The position numbers and the translations under genes are program-made. Of a stretch of 64,000 bases of DNA, positions 11,354 to 22,494 are shown piece by piece. Origin of the DNA: Selaginella moellendorffii (taxonomy: Eukaryota; Plantae; Lycopodiophyta); NCBI RefSeq assembly GCF_000143415.4, contig NW_003314363.1, positions 186,001 through 250,000 on the forward strand, written 5' to 3'. How positions within the stretch are numbered: the stretch's first letter is position 1; the number at the start of each line of letters is the position of its first letter. The notes under the pieces are model-generated. The model made no database searches. It saw nothing but the letters and a program-made list of their open reading frames with translations, and was not told the origin of the DNA.

Positions 11354-12849
11354 TTAAAGCACAGAAACTAACCGGTGGGAAAAACGCTTGATGCGGGGCT
11401 CCATCATGTGGATTTTCTTCTCCATCTCCATTTCCATGACCTTCAGGATCTGCTTCTGTACCGCTGCTGCGCCATCTCCAGGATCGAACACGATGCCAGA
11501 ACGAAAAAATGGATCCGCCACCTTCCCTCCTTGTTCCCGTCCATGAGATTGCTCCATTCCTTCGCGTGGGCACACTGGGAGCTCGTTTGCAGCCATATTC
11601 TTGCCTGCTGGTTCGAAGTGAGCAGCCGAGAATGGATCCTCTGGGTGACGAAGACGGAGGAGAGAGGCCGAGAACGGCCTTGGCTGCTCGTGAACTTCCT
11701 CAGGCGTGCTAACGATCAGAGGATCCTTCCCCATGTTTCCCTGATTTCCCTGCTGGTATGGATCAGTAGCAGGCAAGAGTGTATCCACCTGGAGGAGAGA
11801 GGCCGAGAACGGCTCACTGAAGATCAGAGGATTCTCCACCACGTTTTCTCGACTTCCCTGCTGGTCCGGATCAGTAGCACGAAGGAGTGGATCCACCTGG
11901 AGAAGAGAGGCCGAGATTGGCCTTTGCTGCTCACTAACGATCAGACAATTCTCCACCACGTTCCCCCAACATTTCTGCTGATCTGGCACTGGGTTAGCAC
12001 GAAAGAGTGGATTCACCGCGACCTTGTTTCCCGATCCGGAGTCATGGCAAGCACCACCGAGAAGAGCTGAAGGTGGCAGCCGCCTTGGAGGCCTCAGGAA
12101 CTTGCGAATCTGAGGATCGGCATTCAGCTGCGACGGTCGATGCTCCAGTCCATTCTCCACTTTGCTCAAGGGAATAAGATACTCCCGCTGGCCGCCGGGA
12201 TGATGGCCACTCCCAGCATAGTGCACCAGGACCTCGTCACGCACCTTGCTTCTTCTCCTCATGCAGTGTATCCAGATGCCGATGATGATGGCCACCATAG
12301 CCAGCAGGAATATGACGATGCCTGCCGCGAGCAAACCGGGAGAAGTCGCGAACACTGCTGCGGCTGCTGCTGCTGATGAAGATGGTGATGCTGATGACGC
12401 CAGACACGGAGGCGGAGCAGAAGTGGCCAGGCCAGGCGTGGTCGATGGTGGCGGCGATGGCAGCCTTGGGTGCCACGTTATGGATGAAGGTGGCGGCGGC
12501 CCAAACCTCCTTGGCCTCCAAGTTATAGTGTCGTGCTTGTTGGAGGAAGCAGCAGGTGGCGGCCCTGTAGCAGCTTGATGTCGAGGTGGAGGGCTCTTCG
12601 CGGGACTCTACCGGGGTGGTGCTCTTCTTGGCGACGGTTTGGGCCTATTGTGCGAGTGCTGCTGTGGCGGTGGCGATGGAGATGAAGCTCCAGTTGGCAG
12701 CGCTTTGGACGGCGGCCCGCTACTCCTCGTGAGTGTGGCGGCGACGGTGGCGGCGGAGATCTCGCCCTCTTTGGCGACGGCGGCGCGCCACCCCTCCTGT
12801 GCGTGTGCTGCGGGGACGGCGGCGGCGGGGAAGCGATTTTGCGAGCCAT
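11354..12849 (-). pseudogene. Disrupted gene for a Pro-rich (SPPPP) N-terminus, a single TM helix and a cytoplasmic tandem-repeat tail (PERK-like architecture without kinase)
   Basis: ATG 12849 (MARKIASPPPPSP). One frameshift near 12730 and an in-frame TAG at 12610-12608. The frame then runs through PPPPSS tracts into LLAAGIVIFLLAMVAIIIGIWIHC-MRRRSK. TATA plus telo-box (TATATAAACCCTA) at ~12920-12932. Confidence 0.6.
11670..12020 (-). repeat. Three imperfect coding tandem repeats of about 105-130 bp
   Basis: Units VNPLFRANPVPDQQ..VVENCLIVSE..SASLLQ / VDPLLRATDPDQQ..VVENPLIFSE..SASLLQ / VDTLLPATDPYQQ..DPLIVS..SASLL. Confidence 0.85.
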
Positions 12850-13185
12850 AGCTATAACTAAACTTGCTTGCTTACCGGAGACAACTCTTCGCTCGACTTG
12901 CTTCCCTTTTCTAGGGTATTAGGGTTTATATAGTGAGCCGGGGCGAATATACTTTTTAGAAATGTTAAATTGTTTTCTTTTTTAGTAAATTCTTTTCTAA
13001 AGGCTGGGTCGAAGTATTTGAAAAAAGCATGCTGAGCGGCCGTAAATTTTCTGACTGCCTGTAGTTGCTGGAAGTTCTGAGAAGCGCCTGGCAATTCTGG
13101 CCCGGAATTGTCTTGACGATCCTCAAAGGGACAAGAGCGTGGTGTTTTAATCTCCATACCTTTTGTTTTTCGATTTTCCGACCTT

Positions 13186-13476
13186 CTAGACTTTCACCAT
13201 GGTGCCACCCTCGCGCCCAGCGGCGTGGACACACTGGATAATCTTCGCAATCCTATCTGTGGTGACGTAGAAATCGATGTCTCCTGGAGTTTCTTCGCTG
13301 CGGCAGTCGATATCGATGTGCCTCCCGCCGAAGTAAAAGGCCAGCTTCTCGTGTCTCGAGTCGGGCACATCCACGATACGAACCATCTCCTTCAAGCTCT
13401 CGCCCATTTGCTGCAAACCCACCATGGGAAACAGGGTTTTTCCATAGCGGAACATCACAACCCTCTCGTCGGCCAT
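13186..13476 (-). CDS. Divergent SUMO/ubiquitin-like protein (96 aa) with a di-glycine and 5-aa C-terminal extension
   Basis: VMFRYGKT..KLAFYFGGRHI..EETPGDIDF..REGG-TMVKV aligns by eye with SUMO VFFRIKRST..IAFLFDGRRL..EQTPDELDM..QTGG. Telo-box AAACCCTA at 13493-13500. Confidence 0.55.
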   Translation of the reverse strand: MADERVVMFRYGKTLFPMVGLQQMGESLKEMVRIVDVPDSRHEKLAFYFGGRHIDIDCRSEETPGDIDFYVTTDRIAKIIQCVHAAGREGGTMVKV

Positions 13477-13682
13477 GGCTATACAAACTTACAAACCCTA
13501 ACACAATGGAATCGACTTAAATAAAAATAGAATCTTCTAGACACCCTTTTTGCTGTAACTTGGTTCCCTTTTTTATTGTATTAAAGTTTCTTTGAGGATT
13601 GTTTGTATATCCTTTATTTATTGTTTGCCTCTGGGATGAGAGGAGAGGGTCGACAGCTAATGTGGTTCTATCCTCTCGACCT

Positions 13683-15120
13683 CAAGTGTATACTGAGACA
13701 GGTTTTGCTTGCGCAAGGATGGACAAGAGGAGATCACTCAACGTGGTGAGTGCTTTCAAGTTTGCCTGTTCCTTTCCTAATTGTTTAATCTACAGCACCT
13801 GTTTAAGGAGCTACAAATCAGCGGAGAATCCCTGTCGCTGATTGTATCCGATGGATGGCGGCGTGCAAGGCATCCATGTGAGTGTTTTTAAGCATTTGTG
13901 GAACTTGTTCTGATCTCTTCTTTTTCTCAGTGGCCTATGATCTAGTGATTGATAGGCTGGAGTACTTCAATATCCATATGCTGGAAGCGCTTAGCTGTTC
14001 AAGTGCAGGCCTTGGTGAAGGTATCGAAAAACTTTTCAACAGGTACACATGCACACTATTGCAAGGTTGACCAATCATCAAAGTAACTTATAGTGTCGAG
14101 AGTTTGACAAGGGCAAGGATTCCCCAGATTAAATCAGTAGAGCACATGTATCTTGAGGACTGCATCCCAGCAGTGATACAATCGAGGCGTTTGTTCTTGG
14201 CATGGAAGTTAACTAATCATTCACAGGAACATGAGTGGCTGCCAAAGTTCCACTCGAATGTAATTGTTGTGAGGAAGAACATGATCTTCGTTGGTGGAGC
14301 TGGTGTCTTCAGTGTTGCCCTTGTTGGACCCCACCGAGCAATTCTTTGTGAAGCACATCAACTTGTCAACATTTACAGTGGCTGACTCCAAAGGGTCCTC
14401 AAGTAACCATGTTGAACCAATCGATGCTTCCAAATGAGATTTTGGTCATGGGACCTCCTTCGATGGAAGAGCTGGATATTTCAGTCATTGCAAGAAGTGC
14501 CGCCCGGAACTACTACAACGTGGTAGGAATTTGTGAGGAACTCTCTGACTTGGATCCAGCACAGGAGAGTGCTGTGAAGATCTATGATGGAGACTCGCTC
14601 AGCTTGGCAGTGGCATGGGGGCCAAGGTGAGGGATGGTGGAGCTGCGACACAGTTATAGAGAAGGTGGTCAGGCAACATCAATGGTGGGGCTCGGACAGA
14701 GTTATTTGTCTCGCCTAGATCCAGGACAAATCTGTGGCTTGAGATTAAATTGCTTTGGTGCTTATTAAGAAGATCCATTGACTTTTTAGTATATCTTTTA
14801 TTCTGAAAACCTTTCCCTTTGTTTTCTGGATGGGTCCTCTTGAAAGTGGGTTTCAAGTGTATGCTGAGGTTTACTCAACGTGCCTATTCCTTTTCTAATC
14901 GTTCTTTAATCCACAGCACCTGTTCAAGGAGCTACAGATGAGCAGCTGCCGCTGATTGTATCCGATGGATGGCAGCATGCGAGGCATCTATGTGAGTGTT
15001 TTTTAAAGTATTTGTGGAAAGTTTTCTGATCTCATCTTTTTCAGAGTGGCCTAGTCTTTTAAGTACATGCACACTATTGAGGCTGTAGCACAATCATCAA
15101 AGGAATTTACAATGTTAAGG
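13683..15120 (+). pseudogene. Spliced gene fragment of unknown family with stops and a partial tandem duplication (13683-14100 vs 14854-15120)
   Basis: Shared blocks such as agcacctgtt(t/c)aaggagctaca and gctgattgtatccgatggatggc occur in both copies; GT..AG introns and interrupted reading frames. Confidence 0.5.
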
Positions 15121-15129
15121 GTTTAATTA

Positions 15130-17650
15130 TATCAATTTGTAGCAATCAGACAATAAGATAAGGCAAAGATAAACATAAACAAACACACGAGTCCACATTA
15201 TAAAAATAATCTTTACTACATTATAATTGCATGTGATTTGAAATGTATGGGTATGGCATGAAAGTGATGGGCTTCTGCCACATCAGTATGACATGTCAAA
15301 CTAGAGAAGCCCACACATGTACATGTCACTTGAAATCTAACATAGAACACTTTCTTCCTGCTTAGGTAAGAGTGATATCTTTCCCACAATCTTGACCCTG
15401 TGGGCAGTTGTGAGCTTGATCAAACAAGCTCTTGCTTGTGAGGTCTGAGGTAGGGGCTTTTTGGTCTGCATAGATGGGTGCAACATGGGTGTTTCTTCTT
15501 TTTAGAAGCAAGTGAGATCTTGAGCATGTGAATAGTTCTATTTGTTAGTTTATGTGAGAGCTCTTTACACACAAAACTCTTTCTTTGTGTGAGTCTCATT
15601 TGGGACACCATTATGCTATCTGTGTGGGTAGTTGGAATATTGTATTGGATTGCTAGTTAGTTGTGGTTTTTTTTCTTGCTTGGGCTGCAATAGAGATTCA
15701 TGAGTAAGTTTTCGTTTATTTCACTTTTCTTCTTAAGCCTTATATGCATTGTACCATCATGAATGCAATTGCAAAGTTCTAGATTAAGGGATTGTGAAAA
15801 ACACTACATACCTGTTTCATTTTTCACTAGTAAAATATCATAATAGTAGCCACTAAGGAAAGGAAGAAGAACAATCATAGAGCAAAAAAATATGATCAGA
15901 GAGTGTTGCAAATGTGATTTCGGGTATCGAACATTATCTGTCGGCTAGTCCTTTCGGATATTTTTTCTTTACTGCTATGACTGCAGAAAGTCAATATTGC
16001 TGGACCCGTTATTAGTCTCCGCCTAAACTAGTTGAGAAACTGGTCATCACATGTGCATTTAGATCGGAAGGGCACTAAGGAAGGAAATCTTAAGTTGTCA
16101 TTTAATCAAATAAACTTGACACGGTAATGAAAAACTCATGATGTTGGCTTACATTTGCTAGTGTTGGGAACTCCCGCGATATTGAGCTTAGTCCCTCAAT
16201 ATCGTTAGATGATAACTTACTGTGTCTGCCAAACACCCTTGCTAGGACTTCATCTCGGATTTTTTCTTGACACTTCCATGTGTTACGACAATTCGGTCTT
16301 TCTTATATCCCTTTTTAAAGACTCATTCAAAATTCCACTCCCACTTTTGATTTTTCGAGTTAAAGCTTTTGGTCTAAACATGTTATGCTTGTTGACTTCC
16401 ACTTTGACCATTGCTATGTGGCACATTTTTGGCTCCACTTTAGGGCTTAGGTATTTGTGTTTCACAGTATAAAGCATGGGCTTAAGCCCAAGCCAAATGC
16501 AAAACAAAGATAAACATATATTGCATAGAGCTAATAATATCTTAGACTAGTTAATCATGCTCAACTTATTTACTATCTTTATTATACATTTGGAACTTCT
16601 CATTAGATATGGGAATAACACCATCGTGTACAAGAAAATCTATACATTCTGTAATATACTTATTTTACAAATCTAGATACTTTCTAAAAATATCCAATCT
16701 GACTTAAATAGGACCAATATATAATAGCAAAGGTGTTTTAGTGGACATGATAAAGCTATCACTTTAATTATGAACAATTAACTTTATAGTGTCCCAAACT
16801 TGCCATAATGATGATAACCTTTATATATAATTCTTTATAAATAACTTTAACTTTTTCAACTTTTTTACCTCTGAAGTAGCTACCACAAACTTCAATTTAT
16901 GATGTTTATTCTCATTATTGTATCTATAATGATCATCATAACTGAAAGACTCCTCAATGTGTTTGTTATTGTCACATTGATGAGCCATATGAAAGAGGAG
17001 ATGAAAAACAACTTCAAACTCATCTATGGTAGACATTGTATATTTTTTGTTCACAACACAAAACTTTTAAAACTAATTCCACCACTAAAAACCCACATTA
17101 TGCAAAACCATTTAAATAGTGATTAAAGCCTTTGCATCTAGAGTTCCTTTAGTAGCCAAGAACTTTTTTACATTGGCTAGCCAAAATTGGAAAAAGAATA
17201 ATTTTTAATCAATCCATTAGGGAATTTTACTTAAGCACCACAATCTCCAACTTTGAGTGCCTCAATATGCCCATATATAGTGTTATGCATTTCTTCTTAC
17301 ATCTCTTATTAATTTTTATTAAAGGCTTACAACTCATCAACAACATTGTAAATAGTTAAAACCTCTATAACTCTATCAACACCACTATTGGCAAATACCA
17401 TCAACATTAAGATTTTAGTGTTTATCTTTTGTCAGCCATTGCATTTGATACCAATGTTATAATTTAACATTAAACAACAAAACTAAAAGCCTAACCTTTA
17501 CTACACTTTATATTGAAGTTCTTCATTACCCAACCACCCCCAAACTACCTTAAAACTTCAATATGCCACTGCAAAAATGTGAGTTTACCATGACCCATGG
17601 TGAAAATGTGGTCCTAGGGGATTAGAGATTGTCCTAGAAAATGTTAAGGT
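15130..17650 (-). mobile_element. Degenerate LTR-retrotransposon relic
   Basis: On the minus strand ...TATAACA is followed by TGGTATCA (tRNA-iMet PBS-like, plus 17446-17453), then decayed gag-like pieces (TIDEFEVVFHLLFH; WLGLKP). AT-rich and CpG-depleted. No second LTR found and boundaries are approximate. Confidence 0.5.
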
Positions 17651-18126
17651 CCACCAATCAAAGACTGGGTCCGTGGGGGACAGTGGGGGACAGTTTGTTG
17701 TGATCGGTTGAGAACTCAAGTGGAGGTTATTGCAATTTACAGACAAACCGGATCACAATTAAGTTTGGTTTGGAATTTTGGCCATTAAAACGGAGCTCCA
17801 AAAGAACGAGAAAGGTTCCAGCTTTTGAGCACGGGAATGGCACCAAAGATCTTTGGAGGTTCATGAGAAGCCATCATCACGGAGACGCTATGATGCTCCA
17901 CTTGCACTCCAGGAAAGGAATTTGGGAAAAGCCCGCATTTGCTACATTGCTATAGATCTAGATAGCTAGCACAGCGGGCAATCGTCACTGGCAACAAGAC
18001 CAGAGATTAGAAGCGAGCACAACGCCGCGCGCTCTAGCCCTAACCCTACTCGCTGCCTCTGATAAGATCAAGTAGTCTACGGCTAGGATTGAAGAGCTCG
18101 GGTTATTATATATCTCACGTAATACT

Positions 18127-18196
18127 GCCACGTGTCAACTTACGAATGGGCCCTTGACTCACACGTGGCTCTAGTGCTAAGGATGCCACGTGTCAA
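18127..18196. promoter_or_regulatory. Cluster of three G-box/ABRE elements plus a site II motif upstream of P5CDH
   Basis: GCCACGTGTC at 18127 and 18185, ACACGTGGC at 18161, TGGGCC near 18147. Confidence 0.65.
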
Positions 18197-18230
18197 GTTT
18201 GAGGTTTAAACTTAGGGCGATCTGGAGCGC

Positions 18231-20709
18231 ATGGCAGCTAGAAGAATGCAGCGGCTTTTGTCACGGGAATTTCCGATCCCTGCGAGGTTTGATTGGATTT
18301 GAATGCATCGAAGCGATTTCCATGGGCGATTAATCGTTTGTAGAGCGTTCTCTACTCGATCGTCAGTTCCTGTGATGGATTCATCGTCTGCGCTTGCATT
18401 TGCGACGGTATACCCGGATGATCTCTCCACGGCGCATCCTTATCAAGTGGAGAATCTGGGTATGTGGTTTTTCTTCTTTTTGGTTTTCTTGATGCGAGGC
18501 ATCCAGTGCGTGGAAAATGGGGGAAGAGCTTGAAATCTAGCAAGCTGCCGGACCCTCTCAATGGAGGAGAGTTTATCACAGTTCCAGAGGCCACAGGACA
18601 CGAGTTGCCGGTAGGAGATCGTGGAATGGTTTTTCTTTCTTGTGACATGGGTTCATATGATCAGGAGTATATCGAAAGCTTGCAATCGTGTCCAAAGTCT
18701 GGGCTCCACAATCCTTTGAAAAATCCGGAGAGGTTGTAAGCTTGTGAAACTACGCGATGATCTAAGGCTGCGTTCGATCGCAGGTATCTCTTATATGGTG
18801 ATATATCCGCAAGGGCGGCATCGTCTTTGAAGCACCGAGAGGTTGGCCTCACATTTATGTCTTCTGGTTTCTCACGAGATAGCAGGTTGGGCATTTTTTT
18901 GCCAGGCTGATTCAACGAGTTTCTCCAAAGAGTTATCAGCAAGCTCAGGCGGAAGTGACCGTCACGCAAAAGTTTCTGGAGAACTTCTCTGGTGATCAGG
19001 TCGAGTTCTCGCTTTACATTCGTTTCTACATTGTTTTCTTTGCTTTTGAAGTGTCACGTAGCAGTATCTTGTTGTTCTCCAGGTCAGGTTCCTTGCAAAG
19101 TCATTCGCTGCACCTGGAAACCACCTTGGTCAGCAAAGCATTGGATATAGATGGCCTTATGGTCCCGTAAGTGTCTCGGTTCTAGTTTCTGGATTTGACA
19201 AGCATGCGTCCAGGTCGCTATCATCACACCATTCAATTTTCCTTTGGAGATACCGGTGCTCCAGCTTATGGGGGCACTCTACATGGGCAATAAGGCTCTG
19301 GTGAAAGTTGATAGCAAGGTTTGCCAGTACCTTTTCTTTCTTGAGATGCAGAAAGTAGTTGAAACTTTGCAGGTTAGCGTTGTCATGGAGCAAATGCTAA
19401 GATTGCTTCATGCCTGTGGCTTGCCTCCGAACGATACTGATTTTATTAATTGCGATGGCCCGGTCATGAACAAGCTTCTCGTCGAGGTAAGTTTCTGTGT
19501 AGATAGTGCCGCTAAAAGAAAACGAATCCAGGCAAAACCGAGTATGACACTCTTTACTGGAAGCTCTCGGGTAGCAGAAAAGCTGGCTTTGGATTTGAAA
19601 GGTCGAATCAAACTGGAAGATGCGGGTTTTGACTGGAAAATACTTGGGCCAGATGTCAACGAGGTGACTGGTTTCTAAGATCTTTTAGCTGCTTTGGTTG
19701 ACGAGTAGACTTTTGCAGATTGACTACGTTGCATGGGTTTGCGACCAGGATGCATATGCGTGCAGTGGTCAGAAGTGTTCGGCACAGTCCATTCTTTTCA
19801 TGCACGAGGTCGATACTGTTTTCTTAAAGTTAGCAGGAGCTTAAAAGCCGTAGTTGCAGAACTGGAGCTCAAGGAATTTCGTGGAGAAGCTAAAACAGCA
19901 AGCTGCCAAGAGGAAACTGGACGATTTGACGATCGGACCAGTTCTCACGGTATTCAGCTTTAAATCCCATCTTTCAAGTCGACTAACGTCTGATGTTTTT
20001 CTCAGGTCACAACTAAAACTATGTTGGATCACATGGAAAAGCTGCTGAGCATTCCCGGTTCTTCTATCGCGTTTGGCGGAAAGCCTCTCGAGAATCACAG
20101 CATCCCAGACGTGTACGGTGCCATCGAGCCGACTGCCGTCTTTGTACCGCTGAAAGAGATCCTCAAGGACGAGCATTTTGATCTCGTTACAAAGGAAATA
20201 TTTGGTCCATTCCAGGTTCGTCATCATCCAACCAAGCACTGAGTTCATTTCCAAATGCCTTGGAATGTGCATGCACAGGTTATTACAGAGTACAAGCAGT
20301 GTGAGCTCCCACTCGTCTTGAGAGCTTGCGAGAGAATGCATGCGCACTTGACAGCAGCAGTCGTCTCAAACGACGTGGAGTTTTTACAGGTAACGAAAAC
20401 CCCATTTTCGTTAATAGGTCCTTTCTCAAAATCTTGCAGGAAGTTCTCGGGGAAACCGTGAACGGGACAACTTACGCTGGCATTCGAGCTCGCACCACAG
20501 GAGCTCCTCAAAATCACTGGTAAGCTTCTCGAGTTTTGCGAGATAACGAGGAAAAACTATTGTTTTGATACAGGTTTGGACCTGCTGGAGATCCACTAGG
20601 TGCTGGAATCGGAACTCCAGAAGCCATCAAACTGGTGTGGTCTTGCCACCGTGAGATCATCCAAGACTTTGGACCCGTTCCAAAGAACTGGACAAGCACC
20701 ACTTCTTAG
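18231..20709 (+). CDS. P5CDH: Delta-1-pyrroline-5-carboxylate dehydrogenase (ALDH12), mitochondrial, multi-exon
   Basis: Transit-like MAARRMQRLLSR; CPKSGLHNPLKNPER, FNFPLEIPVLQLMGALYMGNK, LFTGSSRVAEKL, KLEDAGFDWKILGPD, DAYACSGQKCSAQS, EIFGPFQ, GAPQNHWFGPAGD. Stop TAG at 20707-20709. Confidence 0.96.
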
Positions 20710-20850
20710 ATGTAGTTCTAAGTTTGAAGCTTATCGCTAGAGAGAAGTCAACTTTAGCAATCCAAGTTACAGATTCCATTTCACTATGATACGAACGTAT
20801 TTTACACTGAGATCTTCGTTTTTTCCTTCCTTTATCCCACTCCGTTTTTG

Positions 20851-21927
20851 CTATGAGTCGCTTCGTCTCAAGTAACTCAACAGCGAGTTTCGATTGCAAA
20901 CGATGACATGGAACAGCTTGTCCATGTCACGACGCCCTCGATCCAGCCCCTCCTCGGCGCTCTTCAAAACAGCCGCTAGCTTTCGTGCTCCATCAGCAAT
21001 GCCGCTGCAACTCTCGCTTTCCTCCCCAAAATCTGTGACTCCTCCCAACTTGGCCTGGAGCTCTTCCACCACCACCTCCAGAGCAGCAAACTCGACCACC
21101 AGCGGAGAAAAGCGAGTGATCTTGTGCTGCAGCGAGCTCCTCACAAGCTCAAGGAGAGCACGCAACGTCGGCGACCACGCAAAGCTGTCGGGAATCTCCC
21201 ACTCTGCGATCCCAAGTGTTGCATTGCTTCCGCTAAACAGCGCCACGACCGCCCCCAGGACGCAAACCGCGACCACCTTTGCCGCATAGAGTGCGCTCAA
21301 GAAACTCCGCCTCGCCTTGTGTGGAAGATCCTTCTCAAATCCCGGACGCTGCTTCAGCATCTCTCGCAAAACGCCGCAGCACGACTTCACTGCGATCCAA
21401 GTGGTGCTCGAGCCACCGGGGGAAGTAAACTCCGCGAGAGCTTTCCTGGCTTTGGCGTACCTCTCCTGCCTTGTGCCGTGGCCGGACTCCAGCGTAGACA
21501 CCGCGAGATGGAGTAGCAGTAGCCTGTGCTCCAGATCCCCCACAACCTTCCTCAAGGTGTTTAGAACGTCCAAGAGCCGGCAAGTATCCTCCAGGTACTC
21601 CGAGACCCACTGCTCGTCCCCTTCCGGGAGGGGACACTCCAAGCCGGGGATGATAGACTGTGCCTCGGAGATGGTGGTCGTGACGAGTGCCAGCGCTTGG
21701 TCCATCCAAGCCAGGCTAAACCTCTGCTTGGTCGGTGCCAAGGCCAGCTCCAAAGTTGACAGCCGCTCGACCAGCATTACGTCGAACTTCGCCGCTCGAG
21801 GATCGGACTGGATGGCGGCGGCGTTGTGGTGGAGTCCATGCTTGGGGGAGTTGTGGAAGTTTAGAGCTTGGCCGATAGTCGAGAACAACGATGGTCCGTG
21901 GTAGTGATGGTGATTCCTCGTTCTCAT
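20851..21927 (-). CDS. BYPASS1/ROH1-like (DUF793) protein, intronless CDS
   Basis: FSLAWMDQAL..WVSEYLEDTCRLLDVLN..FAWSPTL..EEGLD..MDKLFHVIVCNRNSLL. ATG at 21927 follows a probable 5'UTR intron acceptor. Confidence 0.85.
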   Translation of the reverse strand: MRTRNHHHYHGPSLFSTIGQALNFHNSPKHGLHHNAAAIQSDPRAAKFDVMLVERLSTLELALAPTKQRFSLAWMDQALALVTTTISEAQSIIPGLECPLPEGDEQWVSEYLEDTCRLLDVLNTLRKVVGDLEHRLLLLHLAVSTLESGHGTRQERYAKARKALAEFTSPGGSSTTWIAVKSCCGVLREMLKQRPGFEKDLPHKARRSFLSALYAAKVVAVCVLGAVVALFSGSNATLGIAEWEIPDSFAWSPTLRALLELVRSSLQHKITRFSPLVVEFAALEVVVEELQAKLGGVTDFGEESESCSGIADGARKLAAVLKSAEEGLDRGRRDMDKLFHVIVCNRNSLLSYLRRSDS

Positions 21928-22494
21928 GATGCAAGACCTGAAAAGAATGCACATAAGTGATCGAAAGTCAAATGAGAGTGGCTCTAGAGTTACACGAAAG
22001 ATCACACCGAGGGATCGTTCCAAGCTCTATGGGTCTATAGAAAAGGCTAAAAGGAAGAGGAATCGCTCCAGACATTCTGCCCAGAGCAACGATCTCAAGC
22101 TCTGGCCACTGAATTCCAGCATCTCGAGCCAGCCCCAATCTTTGAGTGGATCAGTCCTAGCGACTGTAGAAGCCGAGGCGCGAGAATCTAGCTACCTTCT
22201 TACGAACGCAAGGGCGATCCTTCGCTTTAGCTCCTCGCCGAAAATCCTCGCTGAAAGTCCTGATCGAGAGAGTAAAGAGCGACGGCGAGACCTAAGAACC
22301 TTCCAGAGCGCCACGTCAGCGCACTAAAAAGATAAATCCCTGTTGCCGTGTGGCGGCCGGATAAACATGCCACGCGGCGGTTAATACACGTGGCGTCGCC
22401 TTTTTCCTGCGATCGTGACGGTTGGAATCGAACGCGGGCGGGATATTTTTGAAAATCGGATTTTAGGGATCTTGCCTGTGAGGCGAGCGCGGCG

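Noticed and set aside
18047-18085. CCCTAACCCTA as a telomerase RNA template, and TAAGATCAAGTAGT as U2 snRNA
   Set aside because: No USE element or pseudoknot context. The U2 similarity lacks the full branch-pairing sequence and Sm site. A telo-box-like promoter motif is the simpler reading.
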